Assembly (NCBI RefSeq): GCF_004010195.1
Contig: NC_057749.1
Location: forward strand, 15,001,318 to 15,034,706
DNA from: Chiloscyllium plagiosum
Lineage: Eukaryota
Length of the DNA: 33,389 bases
Direction: 5' to 3'
The number at the start of each line of letters is the position of its first letter. The first letter of the stretch is position 1. Under the pieces are notes generated by a model, which saw only the letters and a program-made list of their open reading frames with translations, ran no database searches and was not told the origin of the DNA. Shown here one piece after another: positions 22,518 to 33,389 of the stretch. Position numbers and translations under genes: made by a program.

Positions 22518-25500
22518 AATGTTGGTCAATAGTTCATGGGTTTTAAAAAAAAACAGATAAGAAAAGGGGATGTTTGATGATACAACACAGAGGAGACATT
22601 GGTCAATTGACTGTCAGCCTGTGTAGAGTCACAGGCACAGCCAGCAATAGTGAATCAATAAGACCAGGCTGAGTGGTTTGGGACTTGATGGATCACCTTG
22701 TTAAGTCAGGCTGCTTGCCTTCTACAATCTGGCTTCGCCCAAAATCTTAAACTTTGCCTAAACCAAGAGGGTGAGATTGATGCTCTTCCAAGCATCATTA
22801 TTGGGTGGAAATACTCTTCTCTGTCCAAGGGCTGCGGGCTTGAGGAACTGTGAAGGACCCTTATAGAAACATGCATAAACCCTGACAGATGACTTGGAGT
22901 GGGCCTCCAGCTGGTTGAAGCCAAATCTGCTCCATCTCATTTCTCACCCAGTGGGTGCAGTTTGGTGAACCCATCTCGGTTTGAGGTGATGGTGACGCCG
23001 AACACAGTAAAAGCTCCCAAGACCCAGACACACACTCTCTCTCTGGAGGTGAGCCGTCACAGATGGGCTGGGCTGTGTGGGGTGGGGCACACCCACCTTT
23101 ACTCCAATTTTCCCTCCCACTTTCCTCTTGGCTAACTGTGCTGAGGAAGCCGCGTGCCGTTTGGAAAGGCAGTGCTGAGCAACAAAATGATGTGGAAACA
23201 AAGGAACTTTTAAGGACACCCCATCCCCCAAAAAAGCAGAGAGAGTAGGAAATACACCTCTGCATCTCTAGGATACTGCAGTAGCTGCTACAGCCACCAG
23301 GGTTTCCCGATAACACATGTACGGCCTGATAGAAACCAGGGAACCGTGCCACTGTGACTGCTCTCCCCCTCTCACCCCAACCCCAGCGATTAACTGCGGT
23401 GTCTGACCCTTAACCCTTCACCCCCACAAAGCTGGTGACCTCTGATAAACTTGCCCCTCTCCGTGTCTGTGGTTTGTGGATTGTTTTGAGGTTTCCCGGA
23501 TACTGTACTGTCTCTCAGATTGCTGAATGTGAGATGTATCTTATATCTATATAATATATAAAAAAATAACAGTGAGGTAGATAAATACTTAAAAACATCA
23601 GAAAGAAATTGTCCCCCTGTCAGGTAACATTTAAAATACAACTCTTCCATCAGTAATGATTTCAATTCGGGGCATTTTACAGTGATCTTAACTGATATTA
23701 CAAAATAAATTAAAAAATCCTACATAGATTACCTTTTCTTTAATTAACAGAAATCCAGAATAATGCTATGGGACAGTGGCAAAATTAAAAGGCAGAAACT
23801 ACTCTAGGAAAAGGAATAGTCAAAAAAAAACACACTACAAACTTTAAAGTAACCATCCGCCGCAAGTATCAGTCTCCTTTCTATTTCACTGGCACTTCTG
23901 TTCACTTCCTTCCAGATCAATCGGGTTTGGAAGCAAGTCTTTGAACAAAAGTCCTCCCTCCCCCCACCCCCCGTCCTCCCCACCCTCTACAAATTGTACA
24001 TTTTCTCCATCGTTCGGGGCGACAGAGAACATAGGCGTGCGCGACCAACCTCAAAAAAGTTGGTATCTCGGAGCACGTCAGTATTTGGCTAATTGGTAGC
24101 TCCAGCCTCGTCAACTTGGCAGAGGTTTGAAATAAACGGCATGTGTAAACCTAACACGCCCCCACCCCGCCCCTCCCCACATGCCCTGTCCCGGTACGTT
24201 GTGTTCTCTGTGAAGCACCGATGAGGAACGGCACAACCTGGAACAGGCCGGAAATATCCGACATCCTGGGATCAGGAGATAGATGGTTGGCCGTTTTCAG
24301 CTACCCTTTAACCCATGTGGCGAATGTGGACCCAGTCTCAACACACTAAAGCCTTGTGCAGGGCTAAACAGGCACGCACTCATTATTTGAATGTCTACCT
24401 TCCCTGATAATTAGTAGACTCCATTGCCTCTTGATATTGGAGGTTAGTTGATGCCAGACATGTTTTATAAAGCATAAAAAAATTTCTTTCGGATGGCTGT
24501 CAGACTGCTTATTACTGACTTTGACAAGCTGATATAGTTAACAATATCCACTCCTCCTGACAGTCTGGCATTAGCATGGAGCAATCACTTTAAATTATAC
24601 AACCCTAAAAACGAGAACTCTGCAATGTCAGGTTTTGAAATCGAGTCAGTTAAATGGACAATGCAGCAAATTACAAAATGGCCGCCCAGTACGGCTTGCT
24701 AAAGCCTCATCCTGGTAATAATCAGAAAAAGAAATTCAACCACTAAAAAACACCTGAACAGGAAAGATATGTAGCTGAAAAAATAAAACAAAGACAATCA
24801 CATAGTCAAACATGAGCTGTCAGCATAACTATCCCAATTTGGTTAAAAAAAAAAAGGGTTTTTGTTTGGTGCTAGAGGAAACGGGGAAGAAAAGCTTACT
24901 CATTTTCCACATATGCACAAAAAATGAACATGGGAACACTGAGAAAGACATGTACTAGTATTAAACTGTTTGACCTGAGTATATTTATTTCACGCCCTGT
25001 ACTAGTTCAGACACACATACTCAAAAACTATTACTGCTCGGTTATGTTTGAGGATCACTTGAGGGGTGGGGGAATAAATGGTTTCTATTAATGCACTGAG
25101 CGATGACATTTTCTTACTGGTGTCATCAAAGGGTCCATCCTCTGGCTTTCAAATAATTTCTTTCTTTTTGGAAAAAGAAAAGGCTGAAGTTCATGGTGAC
25201 ACTGTGAGATCGGAACTATTATCGGGAAGAAATACAAGTCAGTTTGAAGTGTTGTACAAAGTGTTAAGAAACTGGTGAAGGAACAAGATGGTGAAGGAAC
25301 AGTGGGGAGAAGTGGGAGGAACGAGGCAGTAGACCTGAAGGTAAAATTGATTTCATCCCCAGAGTTAAGGAAACAAAAAAAATTATAGCAGCTTTTCTTT
25401 CAAAGACAGATGGAAAAAAAAAACCCATAAACGTTATAAAAGTGACACAATGAGTACCCAAAGGGTCAATGGTCAAACATAGAACTGCAAGACCCATTCA

Positions 25501-26329
25501 CTAGAACTCTAATGTAACTGATCACGTCAGAAAATACTTAGCACTTAACTGCTTCTTTTTGTCTATCTTTTTTTCTTGCTGTATTTTTCTCCCCCCTCCC
25601 CTCCCCCACACGAACACACACACTCTCACACTCTCGAGACTGGGTCCTTCTCGCCCCTCCTCTTTGTCCATTTGCCTTAACCGCAAGTTCACACACCACG
25701 TTCCATCGAGCGATGTGGGACGTCTCCGACGCTGCTCTCCTCTGATGACTGCACCTACCTGTGCTCCTTTCCCCTCTGCCCAATTTCGTCTCTACGTTAT
25801 GAGCAATGCCAGTTCTCCTCTCCCCCTCCTGCGAGCTGAAACACATTTTGTAATTAGACCGTTTCTTCCTCCTTGTGAAGTTTGGCAAAATTTGGCTGCA
25901 GTGTGAGACCACACCCAAGACACTTCTGACAGCCCCAGAAGACAGAAGCAATGGACGCTCCCAGCAAACAACCATTCCGAGGGTCAGATCGGTTTGAAAA
26001 ACATAGATACTATAGGTCTGTGTACATCTATATATCTAAGACCAGTAGTGATGATGCTAGGGAGCGGAGGGGAGAGCCCAAGCAAGCTCTCTGTCGAGTG
26101 TTCCTCTGTTGGACTTCAGATATGTTTAGACAATGAAGCAGTGAGAGATCGAGGACTAAGTGTCTTGTATCACAAGTTCAGCTGAGCTCCCTGTTGTTTT
26201 TTTCCCAGAAAAAAAAACGGTTTGCATTTGGAAACATGAGGGTGGCGACTTGAACAGGTTCTCTCCACCGTGCAGTGATGGCAGTTTGAAATCTATTGAG
26301 AGATACACAAGGTTTGTTTCTCTCTGTGA

Positions 26330-26492
26330 GAGTGTGTGGGGGGGCATGTGTTTGTCGGCGTGACTCTGTGTACGTGCACGCGCCTGTCTGCGTTTGTATC
26401 CGTGTGCGCGTGTGTCTGTATCCGTGTGCGTGTGTGGCTGTATCCGTGTGCGTGCGTGCCTGTATGTGTCTCTGTGTGTGTGGCTTGTGTGT
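26330..26492. repeat. Degenerate (GT)n microsatellite at the start of the IGF1R 3' UTR
   Basis: gtgtgcgcgtgtgtctgtatccgtgtgc repeats. Confidence 0.85.
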
Positions 26493-26537
26493 TTTGGGTT
26501 TGTCTTGTCTTGGTTCCAGGGAGGAGTGGGGAGGGGA

Positions 26538-26901
26538 TCAGCAGGCTGTTGAGTGGGGCAAAGGGAACACTTTCTCGTTCTTCCTGCCCCCGTTCATGTG
26601 GGTGTAGGGTTGCCGTTCCTCGAAACTGGCTCTGAGGACCACTCCGGGTCCGTTCTCCACCTTGTGGCCTGAGTGCTTGTCAGTGTGCTGGAGGGTGGAG
26701 GATGGGTCAAGGGGGATGCTCTCCATATTATCCGCCTCAATCTCAAACTCCTCGACGTCCCGGGCCTTGCACTCCTCACTGTAGAAGAAGGCGACCTCTT
26801 TGAAGGACGGGTCCAAGTCAGCTTTGATGGTCTGGATGATCTCCATGAAGGCAGGGCGCATTTTCGGGTTGTACTGCCAACACATGCGCATCAACTCGTA
26901 C
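26538..26901 (-). CDS. IGF1R: IGF1R terminal coding exon (end of tyrosine kinase domain and C-terminal tail)
   Basis: Translates [18 protein letters not shown]...NMESIPLDP...[45 protein letters not shown], which closely matches the IGF1R C-terminus. HSGHK.ENGPG, LRASF.ERQPY and the terminal Cys distinguish it from INSR. Acceptor ctttctctctgctgtccatggtag| on the - strand, AG at 26903-26902. The rest of ORF 26538..27122 is intronic read-through. Confidence 0.97.
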
Positions 26902-27164
26902 CTACCATGGACAGCAGAGAGAAAGCAGTTACAGTAGAAGCCAAGACCCTCCCAAAGCACCCCACCGTGTGGGATGCAGACAACAGTACAGCTCAGAAAG
27001 GACACCTCACAGGTTTGAACGACCCAGGCAAGGGGCACGAGCAACAGGATGGACAGAGGGGAGGAAGGAGTGGGCACAGGGCAATGAAATGGGGGAGAAA
27101 GACTGAAGGGAGCTGTGTGCATACACTGATACAGCTCCTACGTTGTGGACCTGTGCTGGGGTAA

Positions 27165-27440
27165 GGGGCAGTATCAGTGGATCAGAAACCCAGAGGCCCA
27201 GGCTATTGCTTTGGGTTCAAAACCAATGACCAATGCCAGTGATCGTGACCACAAACCTCTCGCTGATTTTCACATTCCCATATCCTGTCTCCGGAAGGAA
27301 ATCTACCATCCTTACCCTGCCTAGCCTAGATGTGAATCCAGACCCACAGCAACATGGTGGGGCAGGGGGCTCAAACAGCCACTCAGGATGAGAGGCAATT
27401 AAGGACAGATAATAAACACAAGTCTGGTCAGTGTCACACA
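27165..27440 (+). mobile_element. Shark SINE (same family as 5165-5850)
   Basis: ccagaggcccaggctattgctttgggttcaaa head, ggaaggaaatctaccatccttacc core, ggcaattaaggacagataataaa tail. Confidence 0.7.
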
Positions 27441-28109
27441 CACCTCAAAAGAAACCTAACAAAAAGCTCAATTTGCAGGTCAACTTGTCATTGAAAGACA
27501 TCATCAAATTGGGACAAACTCTCTGCCACTGAAGGGGAGGCAGGAAACAGGGCTGAGAAAGAAAGGGAAATCTTTGCAAAGCCCCCGACTGGAATAAGGC
27601 AGGAGAACCAAACAGAGCGGGGCCGCCCTCTCAGCTGCCCGTCTCAAAATACAAAACAGACAAACCATCTGTCTGCCCGTCACATGCCAGCCCCATGACT
27701 TTGGAGCTGCACAGCTGCAGGACAGGGCTGAGAAACTCAAAACAGCAAGAGGGACTGCCCGAGCGTGTGACATCAGGGTGAATAACAGCATGTGCGATGA
27801 CGTTTGTCTGGGGACTGGCTGCTACAGGCCATAGTAGGAATTAGTGCATCTCACAGTGATGGACTTGTACATGTATGGTGAGCAGGCAAGTAAATACTTA
27901 TTTACTATGTGCCTCAAGTATGGAAAATGCTGGATTTAATTTCAACTCCCCAGAACATTCCCACTGTACTGTCCTGCGGCTTGTTTAATGTAGAGCACAA
28001 TGTTCAGTGCCCTACACAGACTGGGGTACAGTTACCCAGCCACTAATACACAGCCCCTGATGCCCACGCATCTCACAGTCACATAGGTGTTGTTCAAGGG
28101 GGCGCATGG

Positions 28110-28515
28110 GTAAGGATGGAGGGGAGGTCAGGGAGGAGGGGTGGTGGGGCGAGGGGGGCAAGAGGGTGTGAGTATAAGAGAGAGCGCGAGGGCTGTGAGG
28201 GCAAGATGTCGGGCGAGAGGGCAAGATGTTGGGCGAGAGGACGTGCAATGGACAGCAAGAGAGACACTGCAAGGGACTGCGACAGCGAGAACGAATGCAA
28301 GAGTGTGGAGACGTTTGTGGGAGAGTGAGTGTGTGTACACGTGAGAGAGAGAGAGACAGAGAGACAGTAAGCGGATGCGAGAGATGGTGGACGCGAGTGA
28401 GGAGGGGGGTGGCAGGAGAAAGGCGGCAATTTGAGAGTGCAAAAGGGAAAGGGGGGTCGCGCAACGTGACAGAGGGGGGCACAAGAGAGAGGAGGGCCAC
28501 GAGAGAAAGAGAGAG
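28110..28515. repeat. Purine-rich low-complexity tract
   Basis: GA-rich, with a duplicated gagggcaagatgtcgggcga segment. Confidence 0.75.
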
Positions 28516-28794
28516 GATTCATTATGATTGGTTCATGTGTTGCCAATGAGAAAACAGTGGGGAATTTCACGCTTCCTGAGCTCCAAGTAATTCAAAAAAA
28601 CATCCAAGGCTTGAACATGTTCCTTTTATTTGCAGACAGTTTCTCTCTGTATTTGACCATACAGCACTTTGAGCAAGGATGGATGTGTCACATTACAAAC
28701 TTGATTGATTTTCTTAAATCCCTACATCTTAAGTTAGCATCTTGTAGCATTTGGTATGACAAATGGGTCAGCCTGATTAAAAGCATCAGTCTGT

Positions 28795-29765
28795 TGAAAC
28801 TAGATGGTATAGGTTTAAGGTGAGAGGGGAAAGATTTAAAAGGGACCTGAGGGTCAACATTTTCCATGCAGAGGATGGTGCATGTATGGAACAAGCTGCC
28901 AGAGGATGTAGTGGAGGCTAGTACAATTACAACATTTAAAAGGACAGTTACATGAATAGGAAAGGTCTGAGGGATCTGGGCCAATTTTCCTTGCAGTGTT
29001 GGAGGCTCAGGGCATGCCCTTATCCAGGATTATAAAATCTGGAGGCACATGGAAAGGGTGAATCGACCAGATCTTTTCCCTGAAGTGGGGGAGTCCAAAA
29101 CTGGAAGGCATAAGTTTAAAGTGAGAGGGGGAAAGATTTAAAAGGGAGCTAAGGGGCAACTTTTTCACGCAGAGGGTGGTGTGTGTTTGGAAGGAACTGC
29201 CAGAGGAAGCTTTTTTTCCTTTATTATTTCAGGCTTCGCTGGCAGCAGTTACTGCCTATCCCTAATTACCCAGGGGGCATTTACTGCCCATCCCTAATTA
29301 CCCAGAGGGCAGTTAAGTGTCAACACCATTGCTGTGGACCTGGAGTCACACGTAGGCCAGACCAGCTGAGGACAGCGGCTTCCTTCCCGAAAGGACATTA
29401 GTGAACCAGATGGGTTTTTCTGATAATCGGCAATAGATTATGGCCATCTTTAGACTCTTTAAATTCAAGACGCTTCTTGAATTCAAACTCCATCATCTGC
29501 TGTGGCTGGATTCGAACCCAGGTCCTCAGAACATTAGCTGGGTCTCTGGATTAACAGCTCAATGATAAAACCAGTAGGCCAACACCACCCGCTATGTGGT
29601 GGAAGCTGGTACAATTACACCATTTAAAAGGCATCTGGGTGGGTACATAAATAGGAAGGGGTTTAGAGGCATATGGGCCAAGTGCTGGCAAATGGGACAA
29701 GATTTATTTCGGATATCTGGTCAGCATGGACGGGTTGGACCGAAGGGTCTACGTCCATGTTGGGT
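28795..29765 (+). mobile_element. Two tandem CR1/HER1 3' fragments, the second split by an antisense SINE (~29225-29590)
   Basis: tttaa(g/a)gtgagagggg occurs twice. The LINE breaks after ctgccagaggaag (29209) and resumes at tggtggaagctggtacaatt (~29597). Confidence 0.8.
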
Positions 29766-30059
29766 GATTCCTCAAATTTTTACATATTTCTATAATTTGA
29801 GATGGGTGTGAGAAGTTGCAACAACTGCATGCGAATCCTAGAAAAGGATTCACTTGGAGAGCAGGAGGCTGAGAGGGAGTAAATTGGAGCACTGCAGCTC
29901 CCAAGTGAGTGTTTGTGCTGGCTGCACATCTCAGAGCTATCACCTTCAGGAGGCCATTCAGCCCGGTGGCCAATCTCAGTGCTGTGGGCAGGTTTGACCA
30001 CAGTGAGCCTCAGCACTTTGAGGTTCTGGTGTTGTGAGGAAAATAAAAGGAAATGTCCT

Positions 30060-30632
30060 TCATGTTGAGGTTGTACAGGACATTGGTGAGGCCTCTTCTG
30101 GAATACTGTTCCAATTCTGGTCACCCTGTTATAGGAAGGATATTATCAAGCTGGAGAGAGTTCAGAAGAGATTTATCAGGATGTTGCCAGGAATGCAAAG
30201 TTTAGGTTATAAGGAGAGGCTGGATGGGGTGTGGCTTTTTTTTCACTGGAGTGTAGGAGGTTGAGAGGTGACTTTAGAGGTTTATAAAATAATGAGGGGT
30301 CTAGATAAGGTTAATGAGTTGGGTTTTTTTGCCCCGACAATGGGCTATTTCAAGACTAGGGGGCACATTTTTAAGGTGAGAGGAGAGAGATTTAAAAAAG
30401 ACATGAGGAGCAACTTTTTTTACACAGAGGGTGGTTCGTGTGTGGAATGAACTTCCTGAGGAAGCGGTGGATGTGGGCACAGTTACAATGTTTAAAAGAC
30501 ATTTGGATAAGTACATGAATAGGAAAGGTTTGGAGGGGTCTGGGCCAGGAGCAGGCAGGTGGGACTAGTTTGGGATTATGTTCAGCGTGGACTAGTTGGA
30601 CCGAAGAGTCTGTTTCCATGCTGTATGTTTGT
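30060..30632 (+). mobile_element. CR1/HER1 LINE 3' fragment
   Basis: Decayed ORF2 C-terminus QFWSPCYRKDIIKLERVQKRFIRMLPG and tail gttggaccgaagagtctgtttccatgctgtatg. Confidence 0.9.
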
Positions 30633-31451
30633 AGAACTACTGCATCCCACGGTTGAATGAGCAGTTAGCCCTGAATTTGTAGATTGACAGGTGGTGGGGT
30701 TAGCGAAGGCGGGGAAGGGTGTGAATTAGCAGAGAGTATGTGATTGACACGTGAATCATGTGAAGTGAGGGGAAGGAGCTGGGGGGGGAAAACGGAATTA
30801 TATAAAAAAAAACTCTCCTCATAGCAGAGAGACAGCCAACATAAAGTCCTGTCCTGTGAGCTCAACTTCACTACACTGGCTGTGCCCAACAGGCCGCTCC
30901 CTCTGGGCTAAAGTCAATCCCCACTCTCCTTGAGGTGTGTGTCAACAAGAACCCTCAACAGGCTCATTAAGGGAAGGGATGCAAGACAGCAAATCACATG
31001 TCAACTGGACAGTTTACACCCAGCACAATGTGCCACCCGGTTATTTGACACCTGCCCTCTGCTTGACCCGGAAATGACTGTTAAAGGACAACATAGGGCC
31101 GACCAGCAGCAGTGAAAGACTTCCACCAGGCAATCCCTGCACCCCACCCCCCACCAGGAAGCAAGGAAAGAAGTTCATACTCGCAACAATAAGTTGCCAT
31201 TGGCTGGGGATGGATTCGCTCAGTTGGCTGGATGGTGAGGCAGAGGGACACCCAGACCAGCTGAAGCTACCATGCAAGACTTTCCTTATAACCTCCCTCC
31301 TCGCCTGAGGCGTGGTGACCCTCAGGTAAAAACCACCACCAGTTGTCTCTCCCTAATGACAGAGCAGCCCCACGGTCTGGTAAGACTATGGCAACTTCTG
31401 CCTCTAACCGTGGGAGCTTTGGCTGCAACGAGATGGCACAGAGAGAGGCAC

Positions 31452-32126
31452 GTCGCTGGAACTTGAAATCTCCCAGCCATCAGGACAAATGCAAGAATGC
31501 CAAATTTAAAAAAAAGTGAGGTGCCTGCACAAAAACAGAACCTTTCACCGTATGTGTGACAATAACTAATCAAATCAAATCTAAGTAAAGGGCACAAATT
31601 GGTCAGCAAGTCAACTCTGATTGGCCAAGACGTTTCCACAGAAAAAGCAATGGGGAACTATACGCTCAAGTTCTGAGTAAACTCAAAAACAGCACAAAGG
31701 TGGAACATGTGACTTTTGTTTACAAGAGAATGGTGCCCTCTACACAAACACGTGCTGCTTTTCAAAAGCTTACATGTGCCATGTTATAACTCGGCTGGTT
31801 ATTTTAGAATGGTCATGAGTTGGTTGAATTACTCTGGTGTTTGGGGAGCCTATAGCTCCTCTTTGGCTGAGATATTGCCATGGGGAAAGCAAACAGAGTC
31901 AACTCACCAGCCAATTAGCAGCTGTTGCACCTGCATGTGGAGGTGCTGGTGTTGGACTAGAGTAGACAAGGTCACACAACACTGGTGTTTTCGGTGTTGG
32001 ACTGTAACCTGTTGTTGTGTGACTTTATGACATTGTTTCTCCTGCAGTATAAATTGTTGTGACAGCTGAAATTTGGCATTCTTGCATTTGTCCTGATGAA
32101 CGCGAGGCGAAAAGCTTCAGCAACAA
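31452..32126. mobile_element. Penelope-like element relic with inverted ends
   Basis: Perfect 30-bp inverted repeat (31478-31507 / 32069-32098). The - strand of ~31690-31820 gives a frameshifted peptide resembling a PLE endonuclease C-terminus (..KITSR..AH....CKQK.HV). Hammerhead-like core at the right end. Confidence 0.6.
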
Positions 32127-32289
32127 ATTCCTCTGTTAGCAATGTTTCGAAATAAACGATTGGTAAAGCTCCACTCTGACCTCAATCAGGAGGCTGGGTG
32201 AGAGAGGGTAGAGCCTTGCGATTTTGCTGAACAAAGCCCTCAACACTCATTACCCTAGGACTTACATGGATTGATTGGGGAGTGTCTGG

Positions 32290-32785
32290 GTAACTATGAC
32301 CCAATATGACATGGTCAGAGTACTGTATGCAATTCTAGAGTCCACATTACAGAGGCAGCACACATGGTTTACCAGGATGTTGCCTGGAATGGAGAGTGTC
32401 AGTTATTGCAAAGAATTGGAGAGACTGGAGCAGAGGAGATGGAGAGGGGACATTTGAGAAGTCTAAAATGATGTGGGGCATAGACATGAAGAAAGCTCTC
32501 CCCTTGACAGAGAGATTAATAACCTGGGGTGGGCACAGATTGAAGGAAAGGGGCAGGAGGTTCAGAGAGGGATGTGAGGAAAACCCAGAGGTTGGTGGGA
32601 AATCTGGAACCCACTGCCTGTAAGGTTGTGAGAGGCAGAAACACTCACCACATTTCAGAAGGATTTAGACACACGATGTGATACCAAGTGCTGGGAAATG
32701 GGATTAGATTCGTTAGGGGCTGTTTTGGGCTAGCACCGGCTCGATGGGTTGAAGGGCATTTCTCTGCACTACGACTCTATGAACA
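32290..32785 (+). mobile_element. Older CR1 LINE 3' fragment
   Basis: FTRMLPGMESVSY remnant and tail gatgggttgaagggcatttctctgcactacgactctatga. Confidence 0.75.
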
Positions 32786-33325
32786 TGGGCTTGCACAGAT
32801 GGCAGACGTGGAATGGTTTGTCCATTCGGGGGCAGTCACTGGTGGGAATCCAGTGTGGGGAGGAGGGGGGAATATTCTGTTCTGAAACAGGACACAAGTC
32901 AGCAGGTTCAGGAGCAGAGGGGTGACTTGAGATTGAGAGGTAGTAGAAAGAGAACGAGAATGAAATCTATCACCAACACAGAAGTGTGCCTGATTTATAA
33001 AAAAATCTACAAAGAAATGTTTGATGAAATGGCAATCTAATTTTAGGAAACTGCAGATTAATTGCCAGTGTTAAAAGCGGCAGTAATTGCAGATACACTC
33101 ACCATTTTTACAGTCAGAAATTTGATTTGCTGTTCTCTGTCAGACTGCCAACATTATCAAATTAAATCCCAATACTTTTCCCCACTGCAAGTTTATTTGA
33201 CATATGGAAAGATTGAGCAATGGGATTCTTGTATTCACATCCTGCTACAGTTAGACCCACTTACTGATCTACGCCAGAATGTAAACTGCTGAGACAGTCA
33301 TCTCCTGGTGTTTAGTTGCAACTGA

Positions 33326-33348
33326 GGGAGAGAGAGAGAGAGGAGCAG

Positions 33349-33389
<41 letters not shown>
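33326..33389. repeat. (GA)n + (GATA)n microsatellite
   Basis: Directly visible; runs off the window edge. Confidence 0.97.

Larger units (their letters stand above)
15690..26537 (-). other. IGF1R: Inferred long 3' UTR of IGF1R (~10.8 kb)
   Basis: Contiguous with the stop codon. It lacks the recognisable HE1/CR1 copies that crowd both flanks, contains U-rich tracts and miRNA seed sites on the - strand, and ends in an AT-rich block with two AATAAA. Confidence 0.7.
26902..33389 (-). other. IGF1R: Last intron of IGF1R (partial, >6.4 kb)
   Basis: Lies upstream of the acceptor and is repeat-rich. The preceding kinase exon (SFGVVLWEI...PDNCPD-type sequence) was not found in the window. Confidence 0.75.

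Noticed and set aside
16003..26363. Many 60-160 aa ORFs within the inferred IGF1R UTR
   Set aside because: I recognised no domains or exon structure, and most begin at non-ATG codons. Consistent with chance ORFs.
26902..27122. N-terminal extension of the 194-aa ORF, including GGVLWEG that resembles kinase FGVVLWEI
   Set aside because: It lies upstream of a clear splice acceptor and the flanking residues do not match the kinase. Treated as a chance resemblance in the intron.
30034..30450. Functional reverse transcriptase ORFs (also 13323..13634 and 32275..32457)
   Set aside because: These are short, frameshifted, 5'-truncated CR1 ORF2 C-terminal remnants.

Overview
Eukaryotic genomic DNA, almost certainly from a shark (HE1-type V-SINEs with (GATTA)n tails, CR1/HER1 LINE fragments, Deu-domain SINEs, Penelope-like relics). 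The window holds two convergent genes. (1) A complete five-coding-exon pyroglutamyl-peptidase 1-like gene (PGPEP1L, + strand, CDS 4198-12165, 203 aa, Glu-Cys-His triad intact), mostly invisible in the ORF track. (2) The last coding exon of IGF1R (- strand, 26538-26901), followed by an inferred ~10.8 kb 3' UTR ending near 15690 that carries let-7, miR-99/100 and other seed sites and a four-tier G-quadruplex motif. The left end has two oppositely oriented 33-bp minisatellite arrays that appear to have expanded from a monomer inside a DeuSINE; the tail of that SINE seems to supply the splice acceptor of the PGPEP1L start-codon exon. The IGF1R intron contains a Penelope-like relic with perfect 30-bp inverted repeats and a decayed hammerhead-ribozyme core. 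No prokaryote-type system (CRISPR etc.) is present, and nearly all other listed ORFs are repeat-derived or chance. Repeat boundaries were placed by eye and are approximate; family names come from recalled consensus sequences, not from a search.
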